Of a stretch of DNA of 64,000 nucleotides, positions 17,077 to 26,010 are shown piece by piece. The notes under the pieces are model-generated. The model had not been told where the DNA came from and ran no database searches. It worked only from the letters and a program-made list of their open reading frames with translations. Origin of the DNA: Kiritimatiellia bacterium (GTDB lineage: Bacteria > Verrucomicrobiota > Kiritimatiellia > RFP12 > UBA1067); assembly GCA_017544725.1 (NCBI GenBank), contig JAFYDR010000158.1, positions 615 through 64,614 on the forward strand, written 5' to 3'. A program made the translations under genes and the position numbers. Position 1 is the first letter of the stretch; each line of letters begins with the position of its first letter.

Positions 17077-17820
17077 ATGAGGTTTCTAAATCAACAGCCT
17101 TTCAAAGTCAGCGGGAAGGGAATTTCTTTTTCTTTTGATGACGCGTTCGTAGATCGGCTCTTGCGGAAAGATCCGCAAATTACCAATGACTTCTTCGCAT
17201 TCATCTACCAGCTCTTGGATGCCCTCCAACCCAAGTTTAAGAGTGCCAATTCCGGATGGCGGGATGAAAATTTCGAATACCTCTGCAATCGGTTCATCGA
17301 CAGATTGACTCGGATCTTGAATAATCCATTGGAATCTGATATCAAAAATTTCAATGCTATGTGCGGGAAGCAACTCGCGTACAGTATCAGGGACGAGTAT
17401 CGTTTCATGACGGCTAAGGAACGAGACATCAGAAGGGAAAAGGCTGGGAATGCTTCGTCTTCTTTGGACGAAGACAGCACATGCGAGATCTTCGATATGA
17501 TTTCGACGGAGATATTGACCGCTCCTAGGCGTGCCGACGGTGAACCACCCTTGCGTCCAGATGCTTCTGTGTACGAAACCTATTCCGAACACCAAAAGTT
17601 TTTAGATTCCATCGAACGGGAAGACAAAATCGAAGAGGTTAAGAAAATCCTTGCGGCCATTCAAGATGATCAAGATCGGAAAATCATTCAACTTTGGATG
17701 CGCCGCATACCGGGGAAAGAGATTTCCGACATCATGAAGATGAAGGAAGGAACCGTGGCCAGTATCATCAACCGAACGATCCAAAAATTGAAGAAAACTT
17801 TTTGCAAAAAGGTAGGATGA
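17077..17820 (+). CDS. Divergent sigma-70 family (ECF-like) RNA polymerase sigma factor
   Basis: The C-terminus DRKIIQLWMRRIPGKEISDIMKMKEGTVASIINRTIQKLKK is a clear region-4 HTH. The N-terminal helical part is region-2-like but divergent. AGGAGG RBS; lower GC than the flank. Confidence 0.7.
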   Translation: MRFLNQQPFKVSGKGISFSFDDAFVDRLLRKDPQITNDFFAFIYQLLDALQPKFKSANSGWRDENFEYLCNRFIDRLTRILNNPLESDIKNFNAMCGKQLAYSIRDEYRFMTAKERDIRREKAGNASSSLDEDSTCEIFDMISTEILTAPRRADGEPPLRPDASVYETYSEHQKFLDSIEREDKIEEVKKILAAIQDDQDRKIIQLWMRRIPGKEISDIMKMKEGTVASIINRTIQKLKKTFCKKVG

Positions 17821-17851
17821 TTTTTCGTCAATGTGTGTGGAGGTGATTGTC

Positions 17852-18451
17852 ATGAAATCAAACCAAGCAAATTTCAACGAGTTTTTACAGAGTGTGACGT
17901 CGGATCTTCCTCCGATGCGTCCGCTCCCCGAAATCCGGGAACTGTACCGTTCCCAGATTGCCACTGCCTGCAACCGCTATCTGACAGGATACGAAACGCA
18001 TCCAGCGGTGGTATCTGAGACGAGTCCAGACCTGGTCGTATCCCTGAAACAGTTTTTGCAGGACGGCATAGACCTGATCCGTACCTTTGCGAAAGCCGTA
18101 GTCCAACCCCCTCAGCCCGCACTGTGTGGCGGCATGATGACACGCGGGTTTGGCGGCACATCCGACAAAACCCGGTCCGTGCAGAAACAACCTTTCTCGA
18201 TTCGTGTCAAACTGTCCAAGGGAAAAAACGGAATCGACGTATCCATCAGCCCGATTGTAGCTCAAAGTGAACTGGAACTTTTCCCCTTCCTTCTGACGGT
18301 AATCGACCTTGACAACGGAAAAACCCTACTGGACAAAAAAGAATTTTCGCGCGGCGCAGCTATTTTACGCGGCGTAGAGATGGGGAATTATCGGATACTC
18401 GTAAGTCATGACGAGAAAACAGAATCCCTTGACTTGAAAGTCGAAGAATAA
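17852..18451 (+). CDS. Hypothetical protein (position suggests an anti-sigma/partner); C-terminal beta-sandwich-like
   Basis: ATG at 17852 preceded by GGAGGTGA. 199 aa with no TM. The C-terminal FSIRVKLSKGKNGIDVSISP...GNYRILVSHDEKTESLDLKVEE looks like an Ig/carboxypeptidase-regulatory-type domain. Confidence 0.5.
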   Translation: MKSNQANFNEFLQSVTSDLPPMRPLPEIRELYRSQIATACNRYLTGYETHPAVVSETSPDLVVSLKQFLQDGIDLIRTFAKAVVQPPQPALCGGMMTRGFGGTSDKTRSVQKQPFSIRVKLSKGKNGIDVSISPIVAQSELELFPFLLTVIDLDNGKTLLDKKEFSRGAAILRGVEMGNYRILVSHDEKTESLDLKVEE

Positions 18452-18462
18452 AGGAATAAAAA

Positions 18463-18978
18463 ATGGACGAAAAATACATTCACAACCTTTCCGAAACGGA
18501 ATTTATTACGCCGGAACTGAAAACATGGTTTCAGGAAAACTGGATTGAGACACTGGAAGAAGCGGTGTCGGCACTGGCAGCGATGCCCGTCGAATTTTTG
18601 GGGAAAGAAGAGTTCCTGAAGCAAGCCAAAGAGACGCTAGGGGAGGAAAAGTTTCAAGAGCTCTCGACCGCGCTTCCACCGCATGCAAAAGGTCTGTGGA
18701 TGCCAACGGAACACGTACCCAAAAATCCGTCTGGCGAAAAGGAACCGGAGGCTACACAGGACGAAACAGAAAACGACACGGGGAACAACAGAGCGAATGC
18801 CGAAATGCCTTCCGCAAATCCAGCGGTGACACCGTCCGTAGAAACACAACCGTGTGAAACGAATAACCACAACGCGCCCACAGAGGACAAGGCGCAAGAT
18901 TCCACAACCAAAACTATTCATGAGGTATGCAAAACTTCCGCAGCCGATGGAGAAAACCATGATCAATCTCAGCAATAA
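18463..18978 (+). CDS. Hypothetical acidic protein sharing an N-terminal helical module with the next gene
   Basis: 171 aa. LSETEFITPELKTWFQENWIETLEEAVSALAA parallels LTDEQIQTLKSLWIETVEELFGCALAL of the C1 peptidase. The C-terminal half is low-complexity. Confidence 0.5.
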   Translation: MDEKYIHNLSETEFITPELKTWFQENWIETLEEAVSALAAMPVEFLGKEEFLKQAKETLGEEKFQELSTALPPHAKGLWMPTEHVPKNPSGEKEPEATQDETENDTGNNRANAEMPSANPAVTPSVETQPCETNNHNAPTEDKAQDSTTKTIHEVCKTSAADGENHDQSQQ

Positions 18979-21526
18979 TCGAACTCCGTTAACCGCCATC
19001 TCGTCACTCACCGATGAGCAAATCCAGACCCTAAAATCCCTGTGGATCGAAACGGTAGAAGAACTGTTTGGATGTGCGTTGGCTCTACAGGACAATAAAA
19101 CATCCGTCCCCGCCTTCAACTTGATTCCGAATCTGGAAAAAATTCAGAATGCGCTCCCGACGGACGCCCTTCAATCCATTCAGGCGACCAAGGTCGGAAC
19201 CTACGAGAGGGGGCTTGCATACCCACCGGCGATCCGCCAGACCCTCCTTCAGGCGTACTGCCGAAAATTCAGTCAGAATCGCCAGTCCCCAAATCTCGTT
19301 TCCCTGACCGCTTCCGATCAGCCTCTCGATCTGCCCAGCGAAGTGAATCTCGTGGATCAATTCCCCCCCGTGCGAAATCAGTTTAAGCGAGGCACCTGTA
19401 CGGCTTTCGCCGGTTCAGCCCTCTGCGAGTTTCTCGAACGAGAAAACGAGATTCGGTTTTCTCCCCAGTTCCTTTACTGGTGCTGCAAAAATCGCGACGG
19501 TTACCCGAACGAAGGTGGCACCTCTCTGTCCACCGTCCAGGAGGCTTTACTGGAGGATGGAATTTGCCCAGAAGAAGACTGGCCGTATTACCCGAATCCT
19601 ATCTTTGACACGAACGGCTTGAGTTTGGAAGGACAAGGTCCCGCCCCGAAACAGGCGATCGAACATGCAAAAAAATATCGCTATACCTGCCGCAGTCTTA
19701 CACGGGGTTCTGTTACGCAGTACAAACGGATTTTGGCATCCGGTTACCCGATCGTGATCGGTGTCCTGACATACGCCAGCTGGGAAAGAAGCCGGATGAC
19801 GCATCTTTTCGGGAAACTCACCATGCCGTTCGTCTGGCTGGACGAAGAGGAGAATGTACACGCAGAAGAGCCGTCCGGCGCTCACGCCATGTGCCTCGTC
19901 GGATACCTTGACAACAAATCCGTTCCGGGCGGTGGATATTTCATCGCACGGAACAGCTGGGGCAAGGAGTGGGCTTCCCTCTCTAAAGTCGCCGCAGGGC
20001 ATGCCTTGATTCCTTATGCCTATATCTCCGCGTTCTGCCTTGAGGCGTTTTCGATTCTAGACACTTCGGTTATTCCGCCTTCTGACGAGGACGAGGAAGA
20101 CGATGAGAGCGAATACCCGAATGTCGGGCGAGAGTCCATCCACACGAAACCTCTTCCTGCGGATATGCCCGTCTATCTCCGCCCGTATGCCAGGTACCTC
20201 GACAAAGAATCCCGAGACTCGGAAGGTCGTCTCTTGCCCGCCGGCACGTGTGTACTTTCCCGTCCGGAAGCGGGAAGTCCGATCTTTCCCTACACACCGA
20301 CCTGTTCCCTCAAGAAAGAGTATCGCGAACTCCTGCACAGAATCCGTTTCGGGGCAGTTCCAACCAAGTTACGCGATTCCATCCTGGCGCATCGACGTAA
20401 CTTTTGTTCCAAGCTCGACAACAACCTGACTGCGGCGGAAGGACACGCATTCCCTGAAACGTGTTTCTCCCTTGTGCTTCTCCAAACCCCGTGGCGGGTT
20501 AAAGTGAAGAAGTCGCAAGTTGTCGCGGACTTCTCTGCCGAGTTGCTGGAAGTACTGCTGTCGGATGTCGATTCAGGTCAAAAGCTGGGCGACCCTCCTG
20601 CCGACTGGAAGAAAACGTGGCTGGAAACCATATCCGCCAAAATCAGGAAATGCTTGGCGTTCACGCCAGTTCCGCCCTTCTTCACGCCCTCCGTGTACGT
20701 GGTGGAGGTCTTTGCGACACCGTTCACTATCGACCAGCGAACAGGTGCCTACACGGCGGTTGCCCCGTCCGAACACTTTGTTGAGCTGGTCCAATCCTGT
20801 GCGCGTGAAATTCTGAAGAAACAGCCTTCCGGCCAATTCGTTTTTTACTCGATCGCTTCCAGTCTCCCCTGGGACGGGGTTTCCGCCTCGCAACACAGAA
20901 GCGGATCGGAAAGCGTCGTGGTGAGCACTCCGAACGATACCGGGGAATGGAATGTTCAGATGCCGACCTATCTGACCGGAAGAACGACATTCCGCAATTT
21001 CCAAGATCGTTTGTTGCCGATCACGCATGAAGAACTGGTGTCCGCAGTCAAGTTCTATGTCGATGAGAACATCAAAAACGGCGGCGTAGTGAAAGTGGAT
21101 GAAGTGGTCGAAGATCTGCATACACGCTCCAGCAGCCCGTATCGGGATTTCCCTCGCTTTCGGAAAACGGCCATTCTCCGCGCCTTCATCCGGATCGCGG
21201 CGAATGACCCTGCCAAATACGCAGTATGCAGAGACCGTAAATCCAAGAACGACATTTATATTCTCCCAAAAGATTCCGTGAATCAGAATGACAAGCTCTA
21301 TCGTCCCGCAACGGGTTTCTATCGTTTCATGCAGCGTCACCTGATCGGATTGCTGTTCTGCGTTCCCGGTGTGTTGCTGTGGTTCTGCAAGGATTGGTTG
21401 ATGGATTACTTCGGAATCAAGCGGTACGGATCTATCGCGACACTTGCCTTGTCTGTCGTCTTTGTCTATCTTGGCATTCTGTTACAGAATTTCATCAACC
21501 GAATTCGAACCATCGAACTGGAGTAA
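18959..21526 (+). CDS. Papain-like (C1 family) cysteine peptidase, C-terminally membrane-anchored, no signal peptide
   Basis: PPVRNQFKRGTCTAFAGSALCEF (Gln oxyanion plus catalytic Cys region), GAHAMCLVGYLDN (His), FIARNSWGKEWA (Asn/Trp). About 450 aa of unknown sequence follow, then two TM helices (LIGLLFCVPGVLLWF; IATLALSVVFVYLGILL). ATG at 18959 follows GGAGAA; the track start is 18854. Confidence 0.75.
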   Translation: MINLSNNRTPLTAISSLTDEQIQTLKSLWIETVEELFGCALALQDNKTSVPAFNLIPNLEKIQNALPTDALQSIQATKVGTYERGLAYPPAIRQTLLQAYCRKFSQNRQSPNLVSLTASDQPLDLPSEVNLVDQFPPVRNQFKRGTCTAFAGSALCEFLERENEIRFSPQFLYWCCKNRDGYPNEGGTSLSTVQEALLEDGICPEEDWPYYPNPIFDTNGLSLEGQGPAPKQAIEHAKKYRYTCRSLTRGSVTQYKRILASGYPIVIGVLTYASWERSRMTHLFGKLTMPFVWLDEEENVHAEEPSGAHAMCLVGYLDNKSVPGGGYFIARNSWGKEWASLSKVAAGHALIPYAYISAFCLEAFSILDTSVIPPSDEDEEDDESEYPNVGRESIHTKPLPADMPVYLRPYARYLDKESRDSEGRLLPAGTCVLSRPEAGSPIFPYTPTCSLKKEYRELLHRIRFGAVPTKLRDSILAHRRNFCSKLDNNLTAAEGHAFPETCFSLVLLQTPWRVKVKKSQVVADFSAELLEVLLSDVDSGQKLGDPPADWKKTWLETISAKIRKCLAFTPVPPFFTPSVYVVEVFATPFTIDQRTGAYTAVAPSEHFVELVQSCAREILKKQPSGQFVFYSIASSLPWDGVSASQHRSGSESVVVSTPNDTGEWNVQMPTYLTGRTTFRNFQDRLLPITHEELVSAVKFYVDENIKNGGVVKVDEVVEDLHTRSSSPYRDFPRFRKTAILRAFIRIAANDPAKYAVCRDRKSKNDIYILPKDSVNQNDKLYRPATGFYRFMQRHLIGLLFCVPGVLLWFCKDWLMDYFGIKRYGSIATLALSVVFVYLGILLQNFINRIRTIELE

Positions 21527-21530
21527 AATT

Positions 21531-23159
21531 ATGAATAAAGAAGCAATTTCATCTGCCATCACTATCATTCGCAAACTACCGCCCATCCCGGGGGGAATCT
21601 TCCACTCGGCCAAATGTCCTAAAATCGACGACCATCAAGAGGATGCCCTCGGTCTCTTTGCTTCGGGCATTCGCAAGTTACTAACCGAGGACGATCGGAA
21701 TCAGGCAGTCCGACAGAACATTCAGGTCTTGGCTGTCACCAAACGGGAACTTCCTCCGTTTCGGATGGAAGTCGCAAAAGTTTGCGAGGAGGACGGTCAT
21801 GTGTGGAATTACCTGCTCTTCGGTTCGGTTTCCATTCTCGACGGAGCGAAGTTGATCCAAACTTTTCTGGAGACGAACAAGCAGTCTCTTCTTAGCAATG
21901 GAATTGACACCCATCGCCTTTTCTCGTATATCGAATCGATCCTAGGACCGAGCATCCGTGATGAGATTGCGCAGACTCGTCAGGACTTCAAATACCATAT
22001 CGCCGATATCGAAAAAAAGGACGTCTGCCCCGTCCTGTTCTGGAACCGGATGTTGAACGAGAAACTGGCGGGAACAGGACTCCATCTGGAGATTTCGGAA
22101 ACCACATTCTGTAGTCCCGACGCCGAACTGGAACAGCAACAGCTGAAAGCGAAGGAAGCCGAACGGAAACTATTGGAACAGGAACGCCGCGAATTTCAAC
22201 ATGAACTTGAAAAAGTATCCCAACAGTCTGAACTGGAAGAGGCGAAACGGCGGCACCAAGAGGCAAAAGAAAAATTCGAGTTGGAACAGGCCGAACGGAA
22301 CGAGCTCCTGAAGAAGAAAGAGATCGACTTGAAGATCTATGAACTCAAAGAAATGGAGAAGGCGAAACTCGAAATGGAAAAGGCCCGTAACGATGCGGAT
22401 ATCCAGAAAACGGGACGTCTTGAGGAGATTACGAAACGCTTCGAGGCCGCATGCAAACAGATCGATACGCTCGTGTCTTCTTTGGAAAAGCTGGGTGTCT
22501 CCAAAGACGAAGTGGCGCAGCGTCCCGATCCCTCCGTGTCGCTATATCCCGACACATTCTACCACCAAACGAAAGACCTCTTCGGAGATACGCTGGATTG
22601 GATTCGGGAACAGGGAACCGGGGCGCTCTCCATGTCTTGGGATGTCATCCGCAGTGGAAACGCATACGGAACACGCGATCTGATACCCGCCTCCAGAAGA
22701 GATGGCAATCCGAACAAAAAAGGAATCCTGCGGATCGGAGACCGGACTACGCTTCGCCTCATCTCCGAAAAAGCTGGGTATCTGACTCTCTTCAACTTCG
22801 GGACAAGCGGTATCATCTCCAAAATCTTCCCCTCTCCGGAATTCGGAACGACGGACAACCGAATCGTCGCACATCACGAATACACCCTCCCCGGAGAATT
22901 GATGCCGGCGCGGAAGGGAGACAGCGGATGGTGGACTGTGGGAGGCCCCGTCTCTGACCAGAACAAATTACCGGAACGGGTCATCGCCATTCTAACGGAA
23001 ACCCCGGTTACCCTCTCCGAATCCAGTTTTACAGGAGAGACAAAAACCACGCTCTGCCGCGGCGGTTTTGCGGCCGTGGAAGAAACCATCTCCACGCTCG
23101 CCGACCTGCCGCCCGGAAGCTGGTGCTTCGGTATGTTGGAAGCCTGGATTCAAAATTAA
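21531..23159 (+). CDS. Coiled-coil protein with C-terminal DUF4384-like beta domain
   Basis: ATG at 21531, 4 nt after the upstream stop, with GGAG upstream. About 130 aa of E/K/Q-rich coiled coil (ELEQQQLKAKEAERKLLEQERREF...). The C-terminus ILRIGDRTTLRLISEKAGYLTLFNFGTSGIISKIFPSPEF...HEYTLPGE...RVIAILTETP matches DUF4384 as I remember it. Confidence 0.65.
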   Translation: MNKEAISSAITIIRKLPPIPGGIFHSAKCPKIDDHQEDALGLFASGIRKLLTEDDRNQAVRQNIQVLAVTKRELPPFRMEVAKVCEEDGHVWNYLLFGSVSILDGAKLIQTFLETNKQSLLSNGIDTHRLFSYIESILGPSIRDEIAQTRQDFKYHIADIEKKDVCPVLFWNRMLNEKLAGTGLHLEISETTFCSPDAELEQQQLKAKEAERKLLEQERREFQHELEKVSQQSELEEAKRRHQEAKEKFELEQAERNELLKKKEIDLKIYELKEMEKAKLEMEKARNDADIQKTGRLEEITKRFEAACKQIDTLVSSLEKLGVSKDEVAQRPDPSVSLYPDTFYHQTKDLFGDTLDWIREQGTGALSMSWDVIRSGNAYGTRDLIPASRRDGNPNKKGILRIGDRTTLRLISEKAGYLTLFNFGTSGIISKIFPSPEFGTTDNRIVAHHEYTLPGELMPARKGDSGWWTVGGPVSDQNKLPERVIAILTETPVTLSESSFTGETKTTLCRGGFAAVEETISTLADLPPGSWCFGMLEAWIQN

Positions 23160-23186
23160 CGAAGAAACCACGGAAAGGAAAAAGAA

Positions 23187-23447
23187 ATGAAACTCATCAG
23201 CAAACTCATCACCATTGCGCTCCTCGCCCTTGCCGGAACATGGGCATCTGGATTCGTTCGCGGATTCTTGCAGTTTAACGGGAAAAGCCGTGGCGTCCTA
23301 GACACGGTTTCCATCTCCACCGACTACGAGACGCGCGAGAAGAATTTCTTCTCGGATCTGCATTGGCACGGATACCTCACATACGTCCAATACTGCACGA
23401 ACAAAAGTATTCCGTTGCAGGCAATGGAACAACTATTCAAACACTAA
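23187..23447 (+). CDS. Small membrane/exported protein, 86 aa
   Basis: N-terminal TM/signal MKLISKLITIALLALAGTWASG, purine-rich RBS, last gene of the plus-strand operon. Confidence 0.45.
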   Translation: MKLISKLITIALLALAGTWASGFVRGFLQFNGKSRGVLDTVSISTDYETREKNFFSDLHWHGYLTYVQYCTNKSIPLQAMEQLFKH

Positions 23448-23660
23448 ACCTTGATCCCTCTGTTGGACAATTTTTAGAAACCATGGGAAACACGGAATAG
23501 ACCGAATAGGGCGCTTCGCGCCCGCTGCGTAGCGACGGCACCCTCGCCGTCGGTATTCCCTCACGCGGAGAATACCGATGGCGCTACACGCGACCACGAA
23601 AAGCCTGCTGTTACCGACAGCTCGAAATTCCGAGTTCTGAGTTCCGAGCATGACATTCGG

Positions 23661-23720
23661 GGAAGCGGCACTCCTACCGCTTCGTTCTGCCATTCCGTGA
23701 AGCGACAGGAGTGTCGCTTC
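23661..23720. terminator. Two tandem GC hairpins between convergent operons (no U-tract)
   Basis: GAAGCGG-8 nt-CCGCTTC (23662-23683) and GAAGCGACA-ggag-TGTCGCTTC (23699-23720). Further hairpins lie at 23509-23523 and about 23560-23587. Confidence 0.3.
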
Positions 23721-23878
23721 CCCGAGCAATCACCAACCACACAAGACGGGTACGCCGTCCGCTTCTCCTTGGGCATCCCTTCCCGCGCCCCGCACGCCGG
23801 AGGCTTTCGCTCCGCGAACCCGCACTCCGTGCGGGACGCCTCTCCGTCGTGCGTTCCCGTCGCTACCGCTCCTCCTCC

Positions 23879-25849
23879 CTATTCGTGCGGTCCTGCGGAG
23901 CAAAGGAGGCGGAGCCCGATGGAGTTGAAGCGGCCGTCAGGGTCGTACCCGTAGCGGTACGCGGAGCGACAACCCCACGCGACGCTGCGCCAGCTGCCGC
24001 CGCGCAACACAAGGTACGACCCCGAGGACGGTCCGGTAGGATCGGTCACGCTTCCGGACGGATAGTCCCCGAACCAGTCCGAACACCACTCCCACACGTT
24101 CCCGTGCATGTCGCACAGACCCCAGGCGTTCGGCTTCTTCTGTCCCACGGGATGCGTCTTGTCCCCGCTATTCCCGTCGTACCATCCCATCTCGTCGAGA
24201 TTCCCCGAACCTCCGTAGGCTCCGGTCGTCCCCGCGCGGCAGGCGTACTCCCACTCCGCCTCCGTCGGCAGCCGTGCCCCGCAGTCCAGCGCCGAGTTCA
24301 CCTTCTTGATGAACTCCTGACAGTCATTCCACGAGACTTGCTCCACAGGAAGGTTCGCGCCTTTAAAGTTGGAAGGATTGTTCCCCATCACGCTCTCCCA
24401 CTGTTCCTGGGTCACGGGCGCCTCGCCCATCCAGAATCCGCGCGTCAGCGTCACCCGGTGCTGCGTCTCGTTGTCGTATCGTCCATCCTCTGATGTGGGG
24501 CTTCCCATCGTGAACGTCCCCGCAGGACACCAGCGGAAGCGCATCTCCGCGCCGCCGGGCAGGGTGAGCGTCTTTCCCTCCGCCATGTACCGCGCTTCAC
24601 GCGCCTTGCGCTCGGCGGCCTCGCGCACCCGGCGCACTTCCGCCAGCTTCTTCTCCAGCTCCGCTGCCTGACGCGCCTCCTCCGCGTCCCGGCGTTTCTT
24701 CTCCTCCGCCAGCTCGCGGGCTTTCCGTTCCGCCTCCGCCTTCTCTTTCGCCCTGCGTATTGCTTCCTGGACCTCGCGTTCCGCTTCACGCGCCGCCGCG
24801 AGTTCCGCCTCGATGGCCGCCTTCAGCTCCGCCTCCCGCCGGGACCACTCGTCCGTGTCCTCGCGCCCGTCAGTCCGTGCCTCCGTGCCGGACGACACCG
24901 ACACCGTGACCTTGGGAGGCTTTGCCGCAGAAGCGGTTTCTGGTTTCGCGCAGGACTTGCAGACGCCGGGTGTCCCGGAGGAGTGCGACAGGCAGAGGTT
25001 GTCCGCGCCGCACACCCGGCACCGAAACGTTTCCGTCACCAGGTTCTTCCTGCCGCACAGCGGGCACGCCACAACCTCCAGCGTCGGGCGAGGCGTCGGC
25101 TCCGCTCGTCCCGCCACCAGCACCACCCGCCCCCAGTTGGCGGAAAGCCGGATTTCCGGCGTCTGATTCAGCTGGAGGTCGTTCTCCACGGCGATCTCCC
25201 CCATCCGGTCATAGACAGACTTCAGGAACGACTGGTCGAACACCAGTTCTATTCCTGACCTCTTGCTGCCCCCGATCACCTCGTCCATCGCCAGCGAGAA
25301 GACCCCGCGACGCTTCGAGGGCAGCTCCAGCGCGCACTGCCCCTGCCCGCACGAGCGCATCACAGCCAGCCCACCGGTCCGCACGTTCTTCACGTAGCTG
25401 TCCGCCGACGGGAGGAGGTCGCGGGGTTGCCCCGCCCCGCGCGTCGTGAACGGGTTCGACCGGCACGCATCGACAATGAAGATGCGGCTCAGCCCCGCGC
25501 GTTCCGTCTCGGACTGGAGCAACCCGAACGGGATCCCCGCGAAGTTGTACTGGATATTCGCATACCGGTCGTCGCGGCAGAACAGCAGGTGGTCGTTCCC
25601 GCCTGGCGACGCGAACCCGTGCCCCGCGAAGTAGAAAAGAAACTCGTCGCCCTCACCCAGCCCGGCCGTGATCCGCCTGAACTCCCTCATCACCTGGTCG
25701 CGCGTCGGGTTCGGCAGCAGTACCGGGTCAAACCCGATCGCCCGGAACTGCGCGAGCATGAGCGCCGCGTCATTCGCCGCGCACTGCAAATCGTGGATAC
25801 CCTCGTCGTCATACTGGTCAACGCCTACAAACACCGCCTTCCGCTTCAT
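23879..25849 (-). CDS. Caspase (C14)-zinc ribbon-charged coiled coil-FGE-sulfatase (FGS) domain protein, paralog 1
   Basis: Caspase dyad contexts FYFAGHGF and FIVDACRS. CPLCGRKN...CRVCG...CKSC zinc ribbon. About 90 aa of E/R/K/A helix. FGS motifs RVTLTRGFWMGEAPVTQEQW, RLPTEAEWEYACRAGT, GLCDMHGNVWEWCSDW, LRGGSW. Confidence 0.85.
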   Translation of the reverse strand: MKRKAVFVGVDQYDDEGIHDLQCAANDAALMLAQFRAIGFDPVLLPNPTRDQVMREFRRITAGLGEGDEFLFYFAGHGFASPGGNDHLLFCRDDRYANIQYNFAGIPFGLLQSETERAGLSRIFIVDACRSNPFTTRGAGQPRDLLPSADSYVKNVRTGGLAVMRSCGQGQCALELPSKRRGVFSLAMDEVIGGSKRSGIELVFDQSFLKSVYDRMGEIAVENDLQLNQTPEIRLSANWGRVVLVAGRAEPTPRPTLEVVACPLCGRKNLVTETFRCRVCGADNLCLSHSSGTPGVCKSCAKPETASAAKPPKVTVSVSSGTEARTDGREDTDEWSRREAELKAAIEAELAAAREAEREVQEAIRRAKEKAEAERKARELAEEKKRRDAEEARQAAELEKKLAEVRRVREAAERKAREARYMAEGKTLTLPGGAEMRFRWCPAGTFTMGSPTSEDGRYDNETQHRVTLTRGFWMGEAPVTQEQWESVMGNNPSNFKGANLPVEQVSWNDCQEFIKKVNSALDCGARLPTEAEWEYACRAGTTGAYGGSGNLDEMGWYDGNSGDKTHPVGQKKPNAWGLCDMHGNVWEWCSDWFGDYPSGSVTDPTGPSSGSYLVLRGGSWRSVAWGCRSAYRYGYDPDGRFNSIGLRLLCSAGPHE

Positions 25850-25878
25850 ACCGATCTCCTCATTTTCTTTGACGGAAA

Positions 25879-25907
25879 AGCATACTAAACTTTTGCGTTT
25901 TCAGCAA
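25879..25907 (-). promoter_or_regulatory. Putative promoter TTGCTG-17-TATGCT in the conserved leader of paralog 1
   Basis: Minus-strand -35 at 25902-25907 and -10 at 25879-25884. It lies within a ~70-nt block conserved upstream of three caspase-FGS genes. Confidence 0.35.
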
Positions 25908-26010
25908 AGAAAAACGGAGGGGCGCTCCGCGTACTCTGCGACCTCAGCGGCTCTGCGTGAGAACCCAAACGCGGAATCTGGGCTTAACACGCTTAACCGG
26001 CCAACTTGCC

